Positions 9,511-19,228 are shown, counted from the stretch's first letter. The stretch: 64,000 nt of DNA from a bacterium (GCA_021786315.1 JAJYNN010000002.1:31370-95369), one strand, 5' to 3'. Numbers and translations: made by a program. Notes: generated by a model from the sequence alone, not told the origin.

Positions 9511-10641
9511 ATGAAGAATCCTCAAATAATCTTAGGAGTTGAAACAAGCTGTGATGAAACGGCGGCTGCTGTCGTGCAAAAAGATAATAATGGAGTACAA
9601 GTTTTATCCAATATTGTAGCTTCGTCCGCTTCACTGCAAGCAAAATATGGCGGCGTAATTCCGGAACAGGCTGCCCGGGAACAGTTGAAAAGTATCGTTC
9701 CAGTTATCGAAACAGCGATTAATGATTCGGGGTTAAAGGTTGACGAAATTGATGCTATCGCCGTCACCGCCGGACCGGGGCTGATTGGCTCACTGTTAGT
9801 CGGGGTCGAAACTGCCAAAGTCCTCTCCAAAACGTGGCAAAAGCCGCTGGTACCGGTTAACCACCTTGTCGGTCATTTTTACGCCAACTGGGTTAATTCC
9901 AGTGTATCGGAATATCGGAATATCGGAATATCGGAAAAATCAAAACCTTCCGACAATCTGACACCCCGACACTCTGACACTCCAACCTTTCCAGCAATCG
10001 GACTTCTCATTTCCGGCGGTCATACCGATTTGATTTTAATGAAGGATCACGGCAAGTACGAATACTTAGGCGGCACCCGCGACGACGCGGCCGGAGAGAC
10101 CTTTGATAAAACCGCCCGGCTTTTGGGCCTTCCCTATCCCGGCGGTCCCCAAATCTCCAAAGCGGCTGAGTTCGGAAACCCAGTTACCTACGGTCTGCCC
10201 CGGCCGATGATTTCCTCCGACGACTTCGATTTTTCCTTTTCCGGACTAAAGACGGCCGTCTCCAATCTGGCTACCCGGGGCAATGCCCGAAACGACCATA
10301 AATTTACCAACAACCTGGCCGCCTCGGTCCAGGCAGCAATTATCGATGTTTTAATTAAGAAAACCCTCCGGGCAATAAAACTGTATGATGTAAAACAGGT
10401 CGTGGTAGCCGGCGGGGTTGCCGCAAACCAAAAGTTGCGCAAACGGTTGACCCAGGCAATCCAAATGGAAGCGGGGCATGTGAAAATCTCTATCCCCCCG
10501 GTTAATTTGTGCACTGATAACGCCGTCTATATTGCCACTGCCGCTTTTTTCAATTACCACCCAACTGACCCCTTAACTTTACAAGCCAACCCCAACCTTT
10601 CCTTAGGATCGTCAGATCGCAAGCTCTGCTTTAGATTATAA
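9511..10641 (+). CDS. tsaD: tRNA N6-adenosine threonylcarbamoyltransferase TsaD; carries an in-frame ~30-aa repeat-derived insertion
   Basis: GVETSCDETAAAVV N-terminus, Kae1/YgjD core; insertion SEYRNIGISEKSKPSDNLTPRHSDTPTF is encoded by a (TATCGGAA)x4 tandem. Confidence 0.9.
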   Translation: MKNPQIILGVETSCDETAAAVVQKDNNGVQVLSNIVASSASLQAKYGGVIPEQAAREQLKSIVPVIETAINDSGLKVDEIDAIAVTAGPGLIGSLLVGVETAKVLSKTWQKPLVPVNHLVGHFYANWVNSSVSEYRNIGISEKSKPSDNLTPRHSDTPTFPAIGLLISGGHTDLILMKDHGKYEYLGGTRDDAAGETFDKTARLLGLPYPGGPQISKAAEFGNPVTYGLPRPMISSDDFDFSFSGLKTAVSNLATRGNARNDHKFTNNLAASVQAAIIDVLIKKTLRAIKLYDVKQVVVAGGVAANQKLRKRLTQAIQMEAGHVKISIPPVNLCTDNAVYIATAAFFNYHPTDPLTLQANPNLSLGSSDRKLCFRL

Positions 10642-10660
10642 GATCGCAAGCTCTGCTTAT
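10613..10660 (+). repeat. tandem pair of 18-20-nt motif B (AGATCGCAAGCTCTGCTT) spanning the tsaD stop and valS promoter
   Basis: CAGATCGCAAGCTCTGCTTT (codes the TsaD C-terminus SDRKLCFRL) then TAGATTATA then AGATCGCAAGCTCTGCTTAT, followed by TATAAT; third copy at ~16977-16996. Confidence 0.6.
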
Positions 10661-10678
10661 CTCAGGTATAATACAGCT

Positions 10679-12814
10679 ATGGACAAATCAGATAACCAAA
10701 ATGTTGAACAAAAATTATATGAGTTTTGGGACAAGGAAGATTTATTCGCCGCCAACCCTGACTCAGATAAAAAACCCTACTCCCTTTTAATGCCTCCTCC
10801 CAATGTCAACGGAGAGCTGCATTTAGGCCACGCCATGGAACAGTCCATCATGGACGCTTTGGCCCGATTTAAGAGGATGCAGGGGTTCGACGTCCTATTA
10901 TTACCAGGCGTAGACCACGCCGGCATCTTGTTTGAAGGCACCTTTAACAAAATCCTGGAAAAGGAGGGGTTGTCAAAATATAAATTAGGCCGGGAAGAGT
11001 GGTTAAAACGGGCCTGGCAATATAAAGAGGAAGTCTATAACTCTTTTCATAAAACCTGGACTGTCATGGGAATTTCGGCTGACTGGTCCCGGGAAGTGTT
11101 TACTTTAGACCCCAAGGTTCAAAAAGCAGTGTTAGCCGAGTTTAAAGCCTTCTGGGACCAGGACTTGCTATATAAAGGGGCGTATATCGTCCAATGGTGT
11201 CCCAAGTGCGGCACCGCCATTGAGGACCTGGAGATGGAATACCAGGACAGAGAGGAAAAACTCTATTTTGTTAAATACCAGATTGAAGGAACAGACGAGT
11301 ATGTTACTGTCGCTACCGCCCGTCCGGAAACCATCTATGCCGACACCGGCATTGCCACCTATCCTAACCATCCAAAGTTTTCCAAATTTGTGGGCAAAAA
11401 TGCCGTCAACCCTTTAAACGGCAATAAGCTACCAATTTTTGAGGATGAGCGGGTTGAAAAAGATTTTGGTACCGGCGCCTTAAAAATTACCCCCGGTCAT
11501 GATCCTTTGGACTACGAGATTGGCAAGGACCACAATCTATCAATCCTGCATGCAGTTGACAAAGCCGGGAAGATGACTGATCTGACAGAAGATTTATCAG
11601 GACTCAAAATCGGTGAAGCTCGGGAAAAAGCTGCCGGAAAATTAGAAACTGCCGAAGCAATTGAAAAAGTGGAAGACTATACCCATTCAGTTCCGGTTTG
11701 CGAAAGGTGCAAAACAACTGTTGAACCACTAATCTCCGAGGAATGGTTTGTCAAAATGAAGCCATTGGCCGAAAAAGCCTTAAAACACATTAAAGAGGTC
11801 AACTTCCTACCGAAAAACTATGAGAAAATTCTCTCGGATTGGTATAAGGAAATCCACGACTGGTCAATCTCCCGCTCTCTTTGGTGGGGACACCAAATCC
11901 CGGTTTGGTATTGCCAGGAATGTAATCCCAACCATGAAGTCGGCAAAGACAAGGATATGGTTATCTTTCTAGACAAACCAAAGGAACCTTGTAAAACCTG
12001 CAAAGGCTCAACATGGGTACAGGATGAACAGGTTTTGGACACCTGGTTTTCCTCCGGGCTTTGGCCAATGGCGACTCTGGGCTGGCCAGAAGAAACCTCC
12101 GAGCTTAAAAAATACTACCCCTGGGATTTTGAAACTTCCGCCCCGGAAATTAAGTATCTCTGGATCTCCCGGATGATTATGTTGGGCCTATGGTTTAAAG
12201 ACGAGATCCCTTTTAAAAATCAGTTTTTCCACGGGATGCTCCGGGATTTACAGGGGCGCAAGTTTTCTAAGTCCTTAGGTAACGGCATCAGCCCTTATGA
12301 TTTGGTTAACCAGTGGGGTGTTGACGCTACCCGCATGGCGCTTTATACCTACTCTGTTCCCGGACGGGATTCCAAGGTCTCCCGCCAAATCATGGATGAA
12401 AGATGTAAAAATTTCCGCAACTTTAGCACTAAGCTCAAAAACATCCACCGTTTCATCTATGAATTAAAACCAGAAGACGCAGCCGAAGTGTCAGACTATT
12501 CTCATGATGATGATACCGAGATTATCCAACATCTAAACGGGTTAATTGATGCGGTCACTAAAAATATCGAAAATTACCAGTTACATCTGGCCACCGAGGA
12601 ACTTTATGACTTTATCTGGCATAAACTGGCTGACAGCTACATTGAATGGTCCAAGAAAAGAAGATCTGACGCTCAACCATGTTTGGAATATGTTTTTGAA
12701 ACATGCCTTAAACTTCTCCATCCATTCATGCCATTTTTGACTGAGGAACTTTATCAAAAACTACCCGAACACCAGAAATCTATCATACTGGCCCCTTGGC
12801 CGGAGACTAAATAA
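10679..12814 (+). CDS. valS: valyl-tRNA synthetase (class I; short form)
   Basis: PPPNVNGELHLGHA (HIGH region) and KFSKSLGN (KMSKS); anticodon-binding C-terminus; TATAAT abuts the start codon. Confidence 0.8.
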   Translation: MDKSDNQNVEQKLYEFWDKEDLFAANPDSDKKPYSLLMPPPNVNGELHLGHAMEQSIMDALARFKRMQGFDVLLLPGVDHAGILFEGTFNKILEKEGLSKYKLGREEWLKRAWQYKEEVYNSFHKTWTVMGISADWSREVFTLDPKVQKAVLAEFKAFWDQDLLYKGAYIVQWCPKCGTAIEDLEMEYQDREEKLYFVKYQIEGTDEYVTVATARPETIYADTGIATYPNHPKFSKFVGKNAVNPLNGNKLPIFEDERVEKDFGTGALKITPGHDPLDYEIGKDHNLSILHAVDKAGKMTDLTEDLSGLKIGEAREKAAGKLETAEAIEKVEDYTHSVPVCERCKTTVEPLISEEWFVKMKPLAEKALKHIKEVNFLPKNYEKILSDWYKEIHDWSISRSLWWGHQIPVWYCQECNPNHEVGKDKDMVIFLDKPKEPCKTCKGSTWVQDEQVLDTWFSSGLWPMATLGWPEETSELKKYYPWDFETSAPEIKYLWISRMIMLGLWFKDEIPFKNQFFHGMLRDLQGRKFSKSLGNGISPYDLVNQWGVDATRMALYTYSVPGRDSKVSRQIMDERCKNFRNFSTKLKNIHRFIYELKPEDAAEVSDYSHDDDTEIIQHLNGLIDAVTKNIENYQLHLATEELYDFIWHKLADSYIEWSKKRRSDAQPCLEYVFETCLKLLHPFMPFLTEELYQKLPEHQKSIILAPWPETK

Positions 12815-12815
12815 C

Positions 12816-13076
12816 TTACTTCTTATAGAGATGTTTCAGCCATAAAGATTTGAAAAACGGCAGGGTGAGCGTGGACAATAAAAATCCAACTGAGGGAACT
12901 ATAGCATTAAGCCAAGGCCTATCAATATTAATTGCCTGGAGATATAAACCAATAGCCAGATAGGTAAAAATTATCAGGAGTCCTCTCCTTAAAAAACTTG
13001 TTTCCCAAGCCTTGTCGGACTCGACCTTCTTATTCCTTTCTTCAATTTTTTGAACACGGTGCACTAAATCTTCCAT
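12816..13076 (-). CDS. small membrane protein, hypothetical
   Basis: 86 aa with one or two hydrophobic helices. Confidence 0.3.
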   Translation of the reverse strand: MEDLVHRVQKIEERNKKVESDKAWETSFLRRGLLIIFTYLAIGLYLQAINIDRPWLNAIVPSVGFLLSTLTLPFFKSLWLKHLYKK

Positions 13077-13120
13077 ATCTTAACCATACTAAAATTTTTT
13101 GGGAATTCAAGAGAGATAGA

Positions 13121-13870
13121 TTATTCTTGGGATTCTTCAGCGGGTTTCTCTTCCCCACCTTCAGTAGAAGTTTCACCTTCAGTGGCTTCACCCTCAGCTC
13201 CTTCTTCACCTTCAGCAGGAGCCTCGCCTTCAGCAACCTCAGCAGCAGCTTCAGCCTCCGCGGCTTCTTCTTCCATTAACTTTTGGGCTTCCTCAGACAC
13301 AGCATTATCAAGTTTAACAACGACTGCTTCCGGATCTGCCAAAACCGTAACTCCCTGGGGAACACTCATTTGGATAACAGTCACAGCATCGTCAATGGCT
13401 TTAAGGTTGGAAATATTAACTACCAGCTTTTCCGGAAGTTCAGTTGGCAAAGCTTCAACCTCAACCTCGCTCATCGGCTGGATAACAATCGCCTCACCGG
13501 ATTTAACCACTTCCGGTTCCTCACCCTCAAGCTCAATTGGCACCCAAACCTGAACTTTTTCATTCAAGTTAACCTGGTAAAAATCAACATGTAAAGTTGC
13601 ACCTTTTACCGGATCTACCTGGACATCACGGATTAAAACCGGGCGGACTTTCTCAGCTCCAATTTTAAGGTCAATTAAACCGGACTCACCAGCTTGGTCG
13701 TAAACTTTGGCAAAGTCTTGAGCTTTAACCGCCACGTGCTCGGTTTCAACCTTGTTTCCAAAAACGTGCGCCGGAACAAACCCCTCTTTGCGGAGCTTTT
13801 TGACTTGTTTTCCTAAAATCTCTCTTTCTTCAGCTTTAAGTGGAATTCTATCCATAATTTTTGTCCTCAA
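13121..13870 (-). CDS. rplY: ribosomal protein bL25 (Ctc form) with acidic E/A-rich C-terminal tail
   Basis: RxxxGKxxxKxLRKEGxVPAxVFG N-terminal block; probable true start is the ATG at ~13856 (MDRIPLKA). Confidence 0.85.
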   Translation of the reverse strand: MRTKIMDRIPLKAEEREILGKQVKKLRKEGFVPAHVFGNKVETEHVAVKAQDFAKVYDQAGESGLIDLKIGAEKVRPVLIRDVQVDPVKGATLHVDFYQVNLNEKVQVWVPIELEGEEPEVVKSGEAIVIQPMSEVEVEALPTELPEKLVVNISNLKAIDDAVTVIQMSVPQGVTVLADPEAVVVKLDNAVSEEAQKLMEEEAAEAEAAAEVAEGEAPAEGEEGAEGEATEGETSTEGGEEKPAEESQE

Positions 13871-13914
13871 AAATTACAAGATCGTTCGCCGCAGGCGAAG
13901 GTAGCCTTATAATT
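13870..13914 (+). promoter_or_regulatory. conserved intergenic motif family A (copy 3) between rplY and the epimerase-DUF4012 gene
   Basis: AAAATTACAAGATCG-TTCGCCGCAGGCGAA-GGTAGCCTTATAAT; points away from rplY. Confidence 0.5.
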
Positions 13915-13999
13915 TCTCAAATGACCAATGTAATTTATCACATCTTGAGGCTGGACGCAAGGTACATTCATGTAAACCGAATGTACCAAGGAGAAGCTA

Positions 14000-16840
14000 C
14001 TACTTTTGCAACGTGGCCTCGAAAGCCCGGTCCTGGGAGAGATCGGAAGAGAAACTGATTTCACCGGGGATAGCTGAATTAGTGTTTGAGGTCAGCTTAA
14101 AATCGCTGGGATAAATTATTTTATAGTTGAAGCTATCCGCTCCCGTTCCCATTTGTTTGAACACATTCAACCCAAAGTTTAACTGGTCATCTGCAAACTC
14201 CACAGGCTTACTGTCGGTATAATCAAGCACCAATTGGTATTTTCCCTGGGAAGCAAAATTAAGCGTAAACACATACCCTGCTCTTCCAAAATCACTAAAG
14301 GACCGGACGTATTTAGTAATATCCACATCCTTTACTTTCACCTGAGTCAACTTGGTCCCAGAAGGCAGGTAAACTTTTACCAGCCTGTTTTGCTGCCCTC
14401 CATTGTTTTCATAGTTGACCGTCAGAGTGTGTTTGACATTATTACCCCTATCAATTGTCGTGACCAGATTGAGGTCTTTCTTCAGGTTATAGCCTCCACG
14501 GGCCTCATCCAAATCTGTTTCAATGTACGCTAAAAATTCATCCCTCTCCCCCTTCACCTCTTTTCCCTGCCGTGGCAAAATTGACCCCCAACCTCCTGAC
14601 ATAACCTGTGATAAAAGCTCGTTATCGGCAAAATATAAAACAATGTGTTTCTCGGTGGCCAAGTTGCTGATTGTTTGTATTTGCAGAATAATATTCTTAT
14701 CAGACACAAAGAAGAGTTTATTTAATGTCTCCCTTAAAACTCCTGCTAAAAACTTCTCTTCGTTTGAAGATTGCCTTGCTTTTTGGATTAAATTCTTGCC
14801 ATCGACAGTTTCCCCTGTCTCCGGAATATTCACCAAACCTAAATTATCCAGCAAATTAGCTTCCGCCGTCAGGTCCAAAGCGATTACCCCTGAAATATTT
14901 TCACCTCCTTCTTTGTTATAAAACCATTGGGCAAGTTTAGCATCGGAAGCAAAATCAGCTTCCAGGTTCGAATCCCGCAACCCCCATCCTTTATTCCCAA
15001 TAATCTCTTTGACATCAGCCGGAGGATTAATACTGTCTGTTAATTTGGCGTCCAGACTTTTAATCTCCCCAACTTGGGTATTGGTAAGCTTTCCATGGTC
15101 AAAACTCACTTGGGCATAAGCCTTAATAATGCCTCCCCCACCTCTTAAGGAAGTATTGTCCACAAAAAGAATAAGGTAATTTTTCTTGGTGCCTGAAGGC
15201 GCAATTTGCGGCAATACCAAGGCTAAATTCTTACCCATTTCAGCTACCGTTTTTAAGTCCCCTACCTTCTGATTTATTCCGTTAAGCTTTGAGCCAAGAA
15301 TATTTTTTTTCGAAGCCACAGAGTTGATTGTAAACAGGGAATTTGTCAGTGTCCTATTTGCTTGGTCCAGTTCCGAAAAAGCCTCTTTTAATAACTCTTT
15401 ACTGTCTCCATCCTGTTCCCCGGTAATTACTTTTAAACTTTGGGATAGTTTTCCCAATCCTAAATTTTCATGTCCTACCGCCGAAGCTATATCTTCTGTT
15501 TCACCTAATAAATCGGTAGTTTGTTTTAAATCTTTGCTAAAAAAGTTGAACCCCTGAAGAGTCAACAAAATTTGCTTGACATCCCCTACCCCTTCCGCTG
15601 CCACCTTCATTTGTTCGGCCTCTTTTTTAGCACCTTCAAAATTTCCGGCAAATAACATCTTCTGTCCTGACAAAAGATGGGAATTAAAGCTATACAGACC
15701 GATGATAAACACCGCCAAAGGATAGATTAAGGCATAGGTCACCAGGGACAAAACTAAAATTACCTTGGTATAGTTTTTTAGGTTTCTTACCAGGTCTTTA
15801 AACTTTTTGCTCTCCCCTTTTAACTTCTCTTCAACCTTCTTTTCCATCACTTCAGCCTGGTTCTCTGATTTATCTGATTTCATCTGATCCACTGGTTCTT
15901 CGATGTCATCCGGTTTGATCTGGTTCTCCGGCTTCCTTTCTATCCTCTCCAATACCCTTTCAATCTTTATTGCTTCCGGATTCTCCTTAAAATAATGGAT
16001 AGTTTCCTTTAAGGCCTTAACCAAGGGGGTCTTGGCTTTCCAAGTTAACTCCCTCTCTGTTTTTTCTAAATTTGGAGTTGGCCAGGGAGGCAATTCCGTA
16101 GGGGTGAATCCCCGGCTTTCGTGCCACATGGGATCCATCAGTACCTGCCTGATTTCGGAAATTTTAATCGGCGCGGAAAGGGCCCCGTCATAAATCTTTT
16201 GAGCTGTAGCCCCGTGCATAACCGCTTTGACTAATAAACTGACGGCGTCATCCACAAAGATATCCCGGGTCGTAAAATCCAAGGGAGCCGCCTCTTTTTG
16301 TAATTCCTCCTTGCAGGTTGCCTGAATCAACCTGGCTACGGGATCAGAAGATTTAAAATGCATTCTTGGGCCATAAACATTTTCCAAACGGACAATCCGG
16401 GCGTTGGCCTTTTCTTCTTTGGTAAACTTTGCCAACTCTTTTTCTGCTTCCTTAAGGTTTTCCAAATCTGCAACGTGGGAATCGTAAAAATCGACCGAGG
16501 AGACCAGAACAATCTTGGATTTTAATTCCTTGCAAATTCCCAGAAAGTTGGCAAATGCCTGACGGTAAACGTACGGGGAGATATCCGCGGAGATAACAAA
16601 GAAAGCATAGTCTAACCGGACAAAGGTTTCCTCAAATTTGTCCGAGGCATCCGCCAATAGAAAGTGGAAATTTTTATCCCGGGAAGATTCCGCTAAATTC
16701 TCTTTTCTTCCGGATGAAAGGTTGTCGAGCCCTACTACCTGGATGCTCTTGGAAAGAAGTTTATCAACCAAAGATGACCCCAAAAACCCCGCAGCTCCCA
16801 CAACAAAAGCCACTGGAGTGTTTCGCGAAAGGGTAATCAT
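14000..16840 (-). CDS. fusion protein: N-terminal NAD-dependent epimerase/dehydratase-like Rossmann domain, TM segment, C-terminal DUF4012-like domain
   Basis: VVGAAGFLGSSL GxxGxxG at the N-terminus; central hydrophobic helix; C-terminal FVDNTSLRGGGGII block resembling the DUF4012 signature. Confidence 0.5.
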   Translation of the reverse strand: MITLSRNTPVAFVVGAAGFLGSSLVDKLLSKSIQVVGLDNLSSGRKENLAESSRDKNFHFLLADASDKFEETFVRLDYAFFVISADISPYVYRQAFANFLGICKELKSKIVLVSSVDFYDSHVADLENLKEAEKELAKFTKEEKANARIVRLENVYGPRMHFKSSDPVARLIQATCKEELQKEAAPLDFTTRDIFVDDAVSLLVKAVMHGATAQKIYDGALSAPIKISEIRQVLMDPMWHESRGFTPTELPPWPTPNLEKTERELTWKAKTPLVKALKETIHYFKENPEAIKIERVLERIERKPENQIKPDDIEEPVDQMKSDKSENQAEVMEKKVEEKLKGESKKFKDLVRNLKNYTKVILVLSLVTYALIYPLAVFIIGLYSFNSHLLSGQKMLFAGNFEGAKKEAEQMKVAAEGVGDVKQILLTLQGFNFFSKDLKQTTDLLGETEDIASAVGHENLGLGKLSQSLKVITGEQDGDSKELLKEAFSELDQANRTLTNSLFTINSVASKKNILGSKLNGINQKVGDLKTVAEMGKNLALVLPQIAPSGTKKNYLILFVDNTSLRGGGGIIKAYAQVSFDHGKLTNTQVGEIKSLDAKLTDSINPPADVKEIIGNKGWGLRDSNLEADFASDAKLAQWFYNKEGGENISGVIALDLTAEANLLDNLGLVNIPETGETVDGKNLIQKARQSSNEEKFLAGVLRETLNKLFFVSDKNIILQIQTISNLATEKHIVLYFADNELLSQVMSGGWGSILPRQGKEVKGERDEFLAYIETDLDEARGGYNLKKDLNLVTTIDRGNNVKHTLTVNYENNGGQQNRLVKVYLPSGTKLTQVKVKDVDITKYVRSFSDFGRAGYVFTLNFASQGKYQLVLDYTDSKPVEFADDQLNFGLNVFKQMGTGADSFNYKIIYPSDFKLTSNTNSAIPGEISFSSDLSQDRAFEATLQK

Positions 16841-16998
16841 ATTATTTTTCTTGCTATATTAGGCATCTTTCACACGTTATGGTACTTTTTGAGCGTGTGT
16901 ATTTCAAGAGAGAGCAAAGGTATAGAAGTAGTACAAGATTGTTCGGAGTTTCGGAACGTCAGCTTTTCAGAGTATCAGATCGCAAGCTCTGCTTATAT

Positions 16999-17415
16999 TC
17001 AGATATTCTGATCTAGGATTTCATTAACGAGGGCGTCGGCTTCTTTATTCTGTTCGCGGGGAATGTATGTGTAAACAACATGACCCAATTTCATTTCTAC
17101 ATTTTTGATTTCATCAACCACTATCTTTAATCTGGGGTTTTTAATTTTGAATTTTCCCGCAAGTTGGTTGACCACCAATTGGGAATCTGCCCGCAATTCA
17201 ATCTCTAAAGGTATATCTTGTGAAAAATTTGTCGAAAGATATTTAAAGGCTTCTTTTACCGCAGCATACTCAGCATCATTATTAGTTGCCACCCCAATAT
17301 AACCCCCCTCACGTGCGATGATTTGGCCGTTTTCATCGTGTAAAACAAAGGCTGCTGCTGCCTTACCGGGGTTACCGCGTGATCCTCCGTCAGTGTTAAT
17401 AATAAACTTTCTCAT
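16999..17415 (-). CDS. rnhA: ribonuclease HI
   Basis: INTDGGSRGNPG N-terminus; catalytic D/E/D/D pattern; ADALVNE near the C-terminus. Confidence 0.85.
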   Translation of the reverse strand: MRKFIINTDGGSRGNPGKAAAAFVLHDENGQIIAREGGYIGVATNNDAEYAAVKEAFKYLSTNFSQDIPLEIELRADSQLVVNQLAGKFKIKNPRLKIVVDEIKNVEMKLGHVVYTYIPREQNKEADALVNEILDQNI

Positions 17416-17424
17416 AGATTGAAG

Positions 17425-18681
17425 TTACTCAGTAATCTTAGCAGTAGAACGAAGCTTTGTCAGCAGGGGAATCAAAACTATGACCTGACACAATAAAATA
17501 AAGTATTCGGAAATGCCGGTAATATACGAGGCGGCAAGATAGCTAAACTTGGGGATAAAGATAAAGTTTAAGACGCTGTTTAGAATCAAGCCTAAAACGT
17601 AAATTAGCAGCATCAGTTTATAACGGCGGAGGGTAATTAGTGTCCACATTAAAATTGAGGATAGGAAGAAAGCTGGGAATCCTAAGGAAAGAATTTGCAG
17701 GGAAGTAATAGACCCGCCAAAACCGCGGGCTCCGGTAATAATCGGCACCACAAAAGGGGAGAGGAATAGAGTAAAAGCCATTCCTAAAATTCCCATAATT
17801 AGCATTAAACCCCCGGCTTTTTGCAGCCGGCTAATAAATTCCCTTTTATTGTTTTCAAAGTCTCTAAGCATCACCGGGTAATAGCTGTTCATAATAAAGG
17901 CCGGAACTACCAGGAGAGACTGGAAAATAGAGTAGGCGAGGTTATAAACCCCTACATCTGAGAAGCTTTTATAGTTGGAAAGAATAAAGGCATCCACCCG
18001 GAAATAGACCAGGTTTAAAATAATAGTGGCAGAAATCGGCCAGGACTCAGTAAACACCCGTTTAACATATGAGAGATCAAAAATAGGTTGAAGTTTGGAG
18101 ATATATTTCCGGGTAAAACTTAAGGCCAGGAGAGCGCTTAAAAACCAGCCCAGTGAATAACCGAGTATTAAATAAGGGTTTCCCAGCCCTTGTTTGATTA
18201 AAAACACCACTGCCCCCAAAATAAGCAATGAACCCAAAGAGTTAGCCAATACTGATAGATCAAAGCGTAACTTACTTTGAAAAACGACGTTAGCTGTTGT
18301 AGTAATAGCTGGCTGGATAATTCCCAATAGCCCTAATAAAACAGTCAGTTTAAAGACCATCATCTGGGGGTAAAAGAGGAGGATGGTGGCAGCCAGAATC
18401 GTTGCCAGGACAGCAATAATAATCCTTAGTCCTAAAAGCCTCTGCCACTCCCGGTGGCTGTTATCACCTAAAAAATTAGGCAAGACGTGGGCATTAAGCC
18501 CAAAATCAGCCACAACAGCAAAGAAACCTAAATAGGCAAGGGCTAAAGTCAAAACCCCTACCTCGCCTGGTCCAAAACTTCGGGCAAGGGCTCCTAAAAT
18601 AATAATCGTGGAAAAAGAAGTAATAGCTTTACCAATGAGTTGCCAGATAGTCTGCTCGGAAATTTTAAAGATCGTTCTCAC
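17425..18681 (-). CDS. polysaccharide biosynthesis/oligosaccharide flippase (MOP/Wzx-like)
   Basis: ~12 predicted TM helices; N-terminal pattern of Wzx-type polysaccharide biosynthesis proteins. Confidence 0.6.
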   Translation of the reverse strand: MRTIFKISEQTIWQLIGKAITSFSTIIILGALARSFGPGEVGVLTLALAYLGFFAVVADFGLNAHVLPNFLGDNSHREWQRLLGLRIIIAVLATILAATILLFYPQMMVFKLTVLLGLLGIIQPAITTTANVVFQSKLRFDLSVLANSLGSLLILGAVVFLIKQGLGNPYLILGYSLGWFLSALLALSFTRKYISKLQPIFDLSYVKRVFTESWPISATIILNLVYFRVDAFILSNYKSFSDVGVYNLAYSIFQSLLVVPAFIMNSYYPVMLRDFENNKREFISRLQKAGGLMLIMGILGMAFTLFLSPFVVPIITGARGFGGSITSLQILSLGFPAFFLSSILMWTLITLRRYKLMLLIYVLGLILNSVLNFIFIPKFSYLAASYITGISEYFILLCQVIVLIPLLTKLRSTAKITE

Positions 18682-18712
18682 AAATAAAGTCTAACACAGA
18701 TAGAGTGGGGAG

Positions 18713-19228
18713 TTACTCAGCCGCTTCTTCTTCGACGGGCTCAGAGACTTCAGCATCTTTAGTTTTCTTAGAAGCTTTTTTACCGGTTACAGGTTTTATC
18801 ACCAAGTGTCTGTCGCGACCCTCACCGGCACTTTCCGATTCCACACCCTCAATATCACCAATAACCATATGAATCACTCTTCTTTGCCAGGAAGGCATTG
18901 GGTCCAATTCTAATTCTTTACCACTCTCTTTTACCTCCTCTACCCAAGTCCTCGCTCGTCTTTCCAAATCCCCTTCTTTGTTCTTTCTCCAACCGGCAAC
19001 ATCAATAACCACTCTTTTAAACTCATCAGGGGTTTGGCGGCTGACAATTTGGTTGACGATGAGTTGCAGGGCATCCAAGGTCTCACCCTTAAAGCCAATG
19101 AGTCTTCCGGGGTCGGTTGTCTCAATAGAAACAGCAATTTCCTCAGGTCCCTCAATTACTTCAAAGCTGCCTTCTAAAGCCAAGAGTCCTAAAATATTCT
19201 CTAAAATTTCTGAAACTTTTGCTTCCAC
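18713..19228 (-). CDS. jag: Jag/KhpB-like RNA-binding protein (KH + R3H)
   Basis: KH-like GRLIGFKGETLDALQ and R3H-like RRVIHMVI blocks; downstream of yidC. Confidence 0.8.
   Translation of the reverse strand: MEAKVSEILENILGLLALEGSFEVIEGPEEIAVSIETTDPGRLIGFKGETLDALQLIVNQIVSRQTPDEFKRVVIDVAGWRKNKEGDLERRARTWVEEVKESGKELELDPMPSWQRRVIHMVIGDIEGVESESAGEGRDRHLVIKPVTGKKASKKTKDAEVSEPVEEEAAE

Noticed and set aside
9901-9940. Possible CRISPR array suggested by tandem TATCGGAA
   Set aside because: Repeat unit is 8 nt with no spacers, lies in-frame within tsaD, and no cas genes are nearby; it is a short tandem repeat, not a CRISPR.
13121-13300. E/A/G-rich low-complexity repeat at the 3' end of rplY
   Set aside because: Encodes the acidic C-terminal tail common in Ctc-form bL25; not a separate repeat element.
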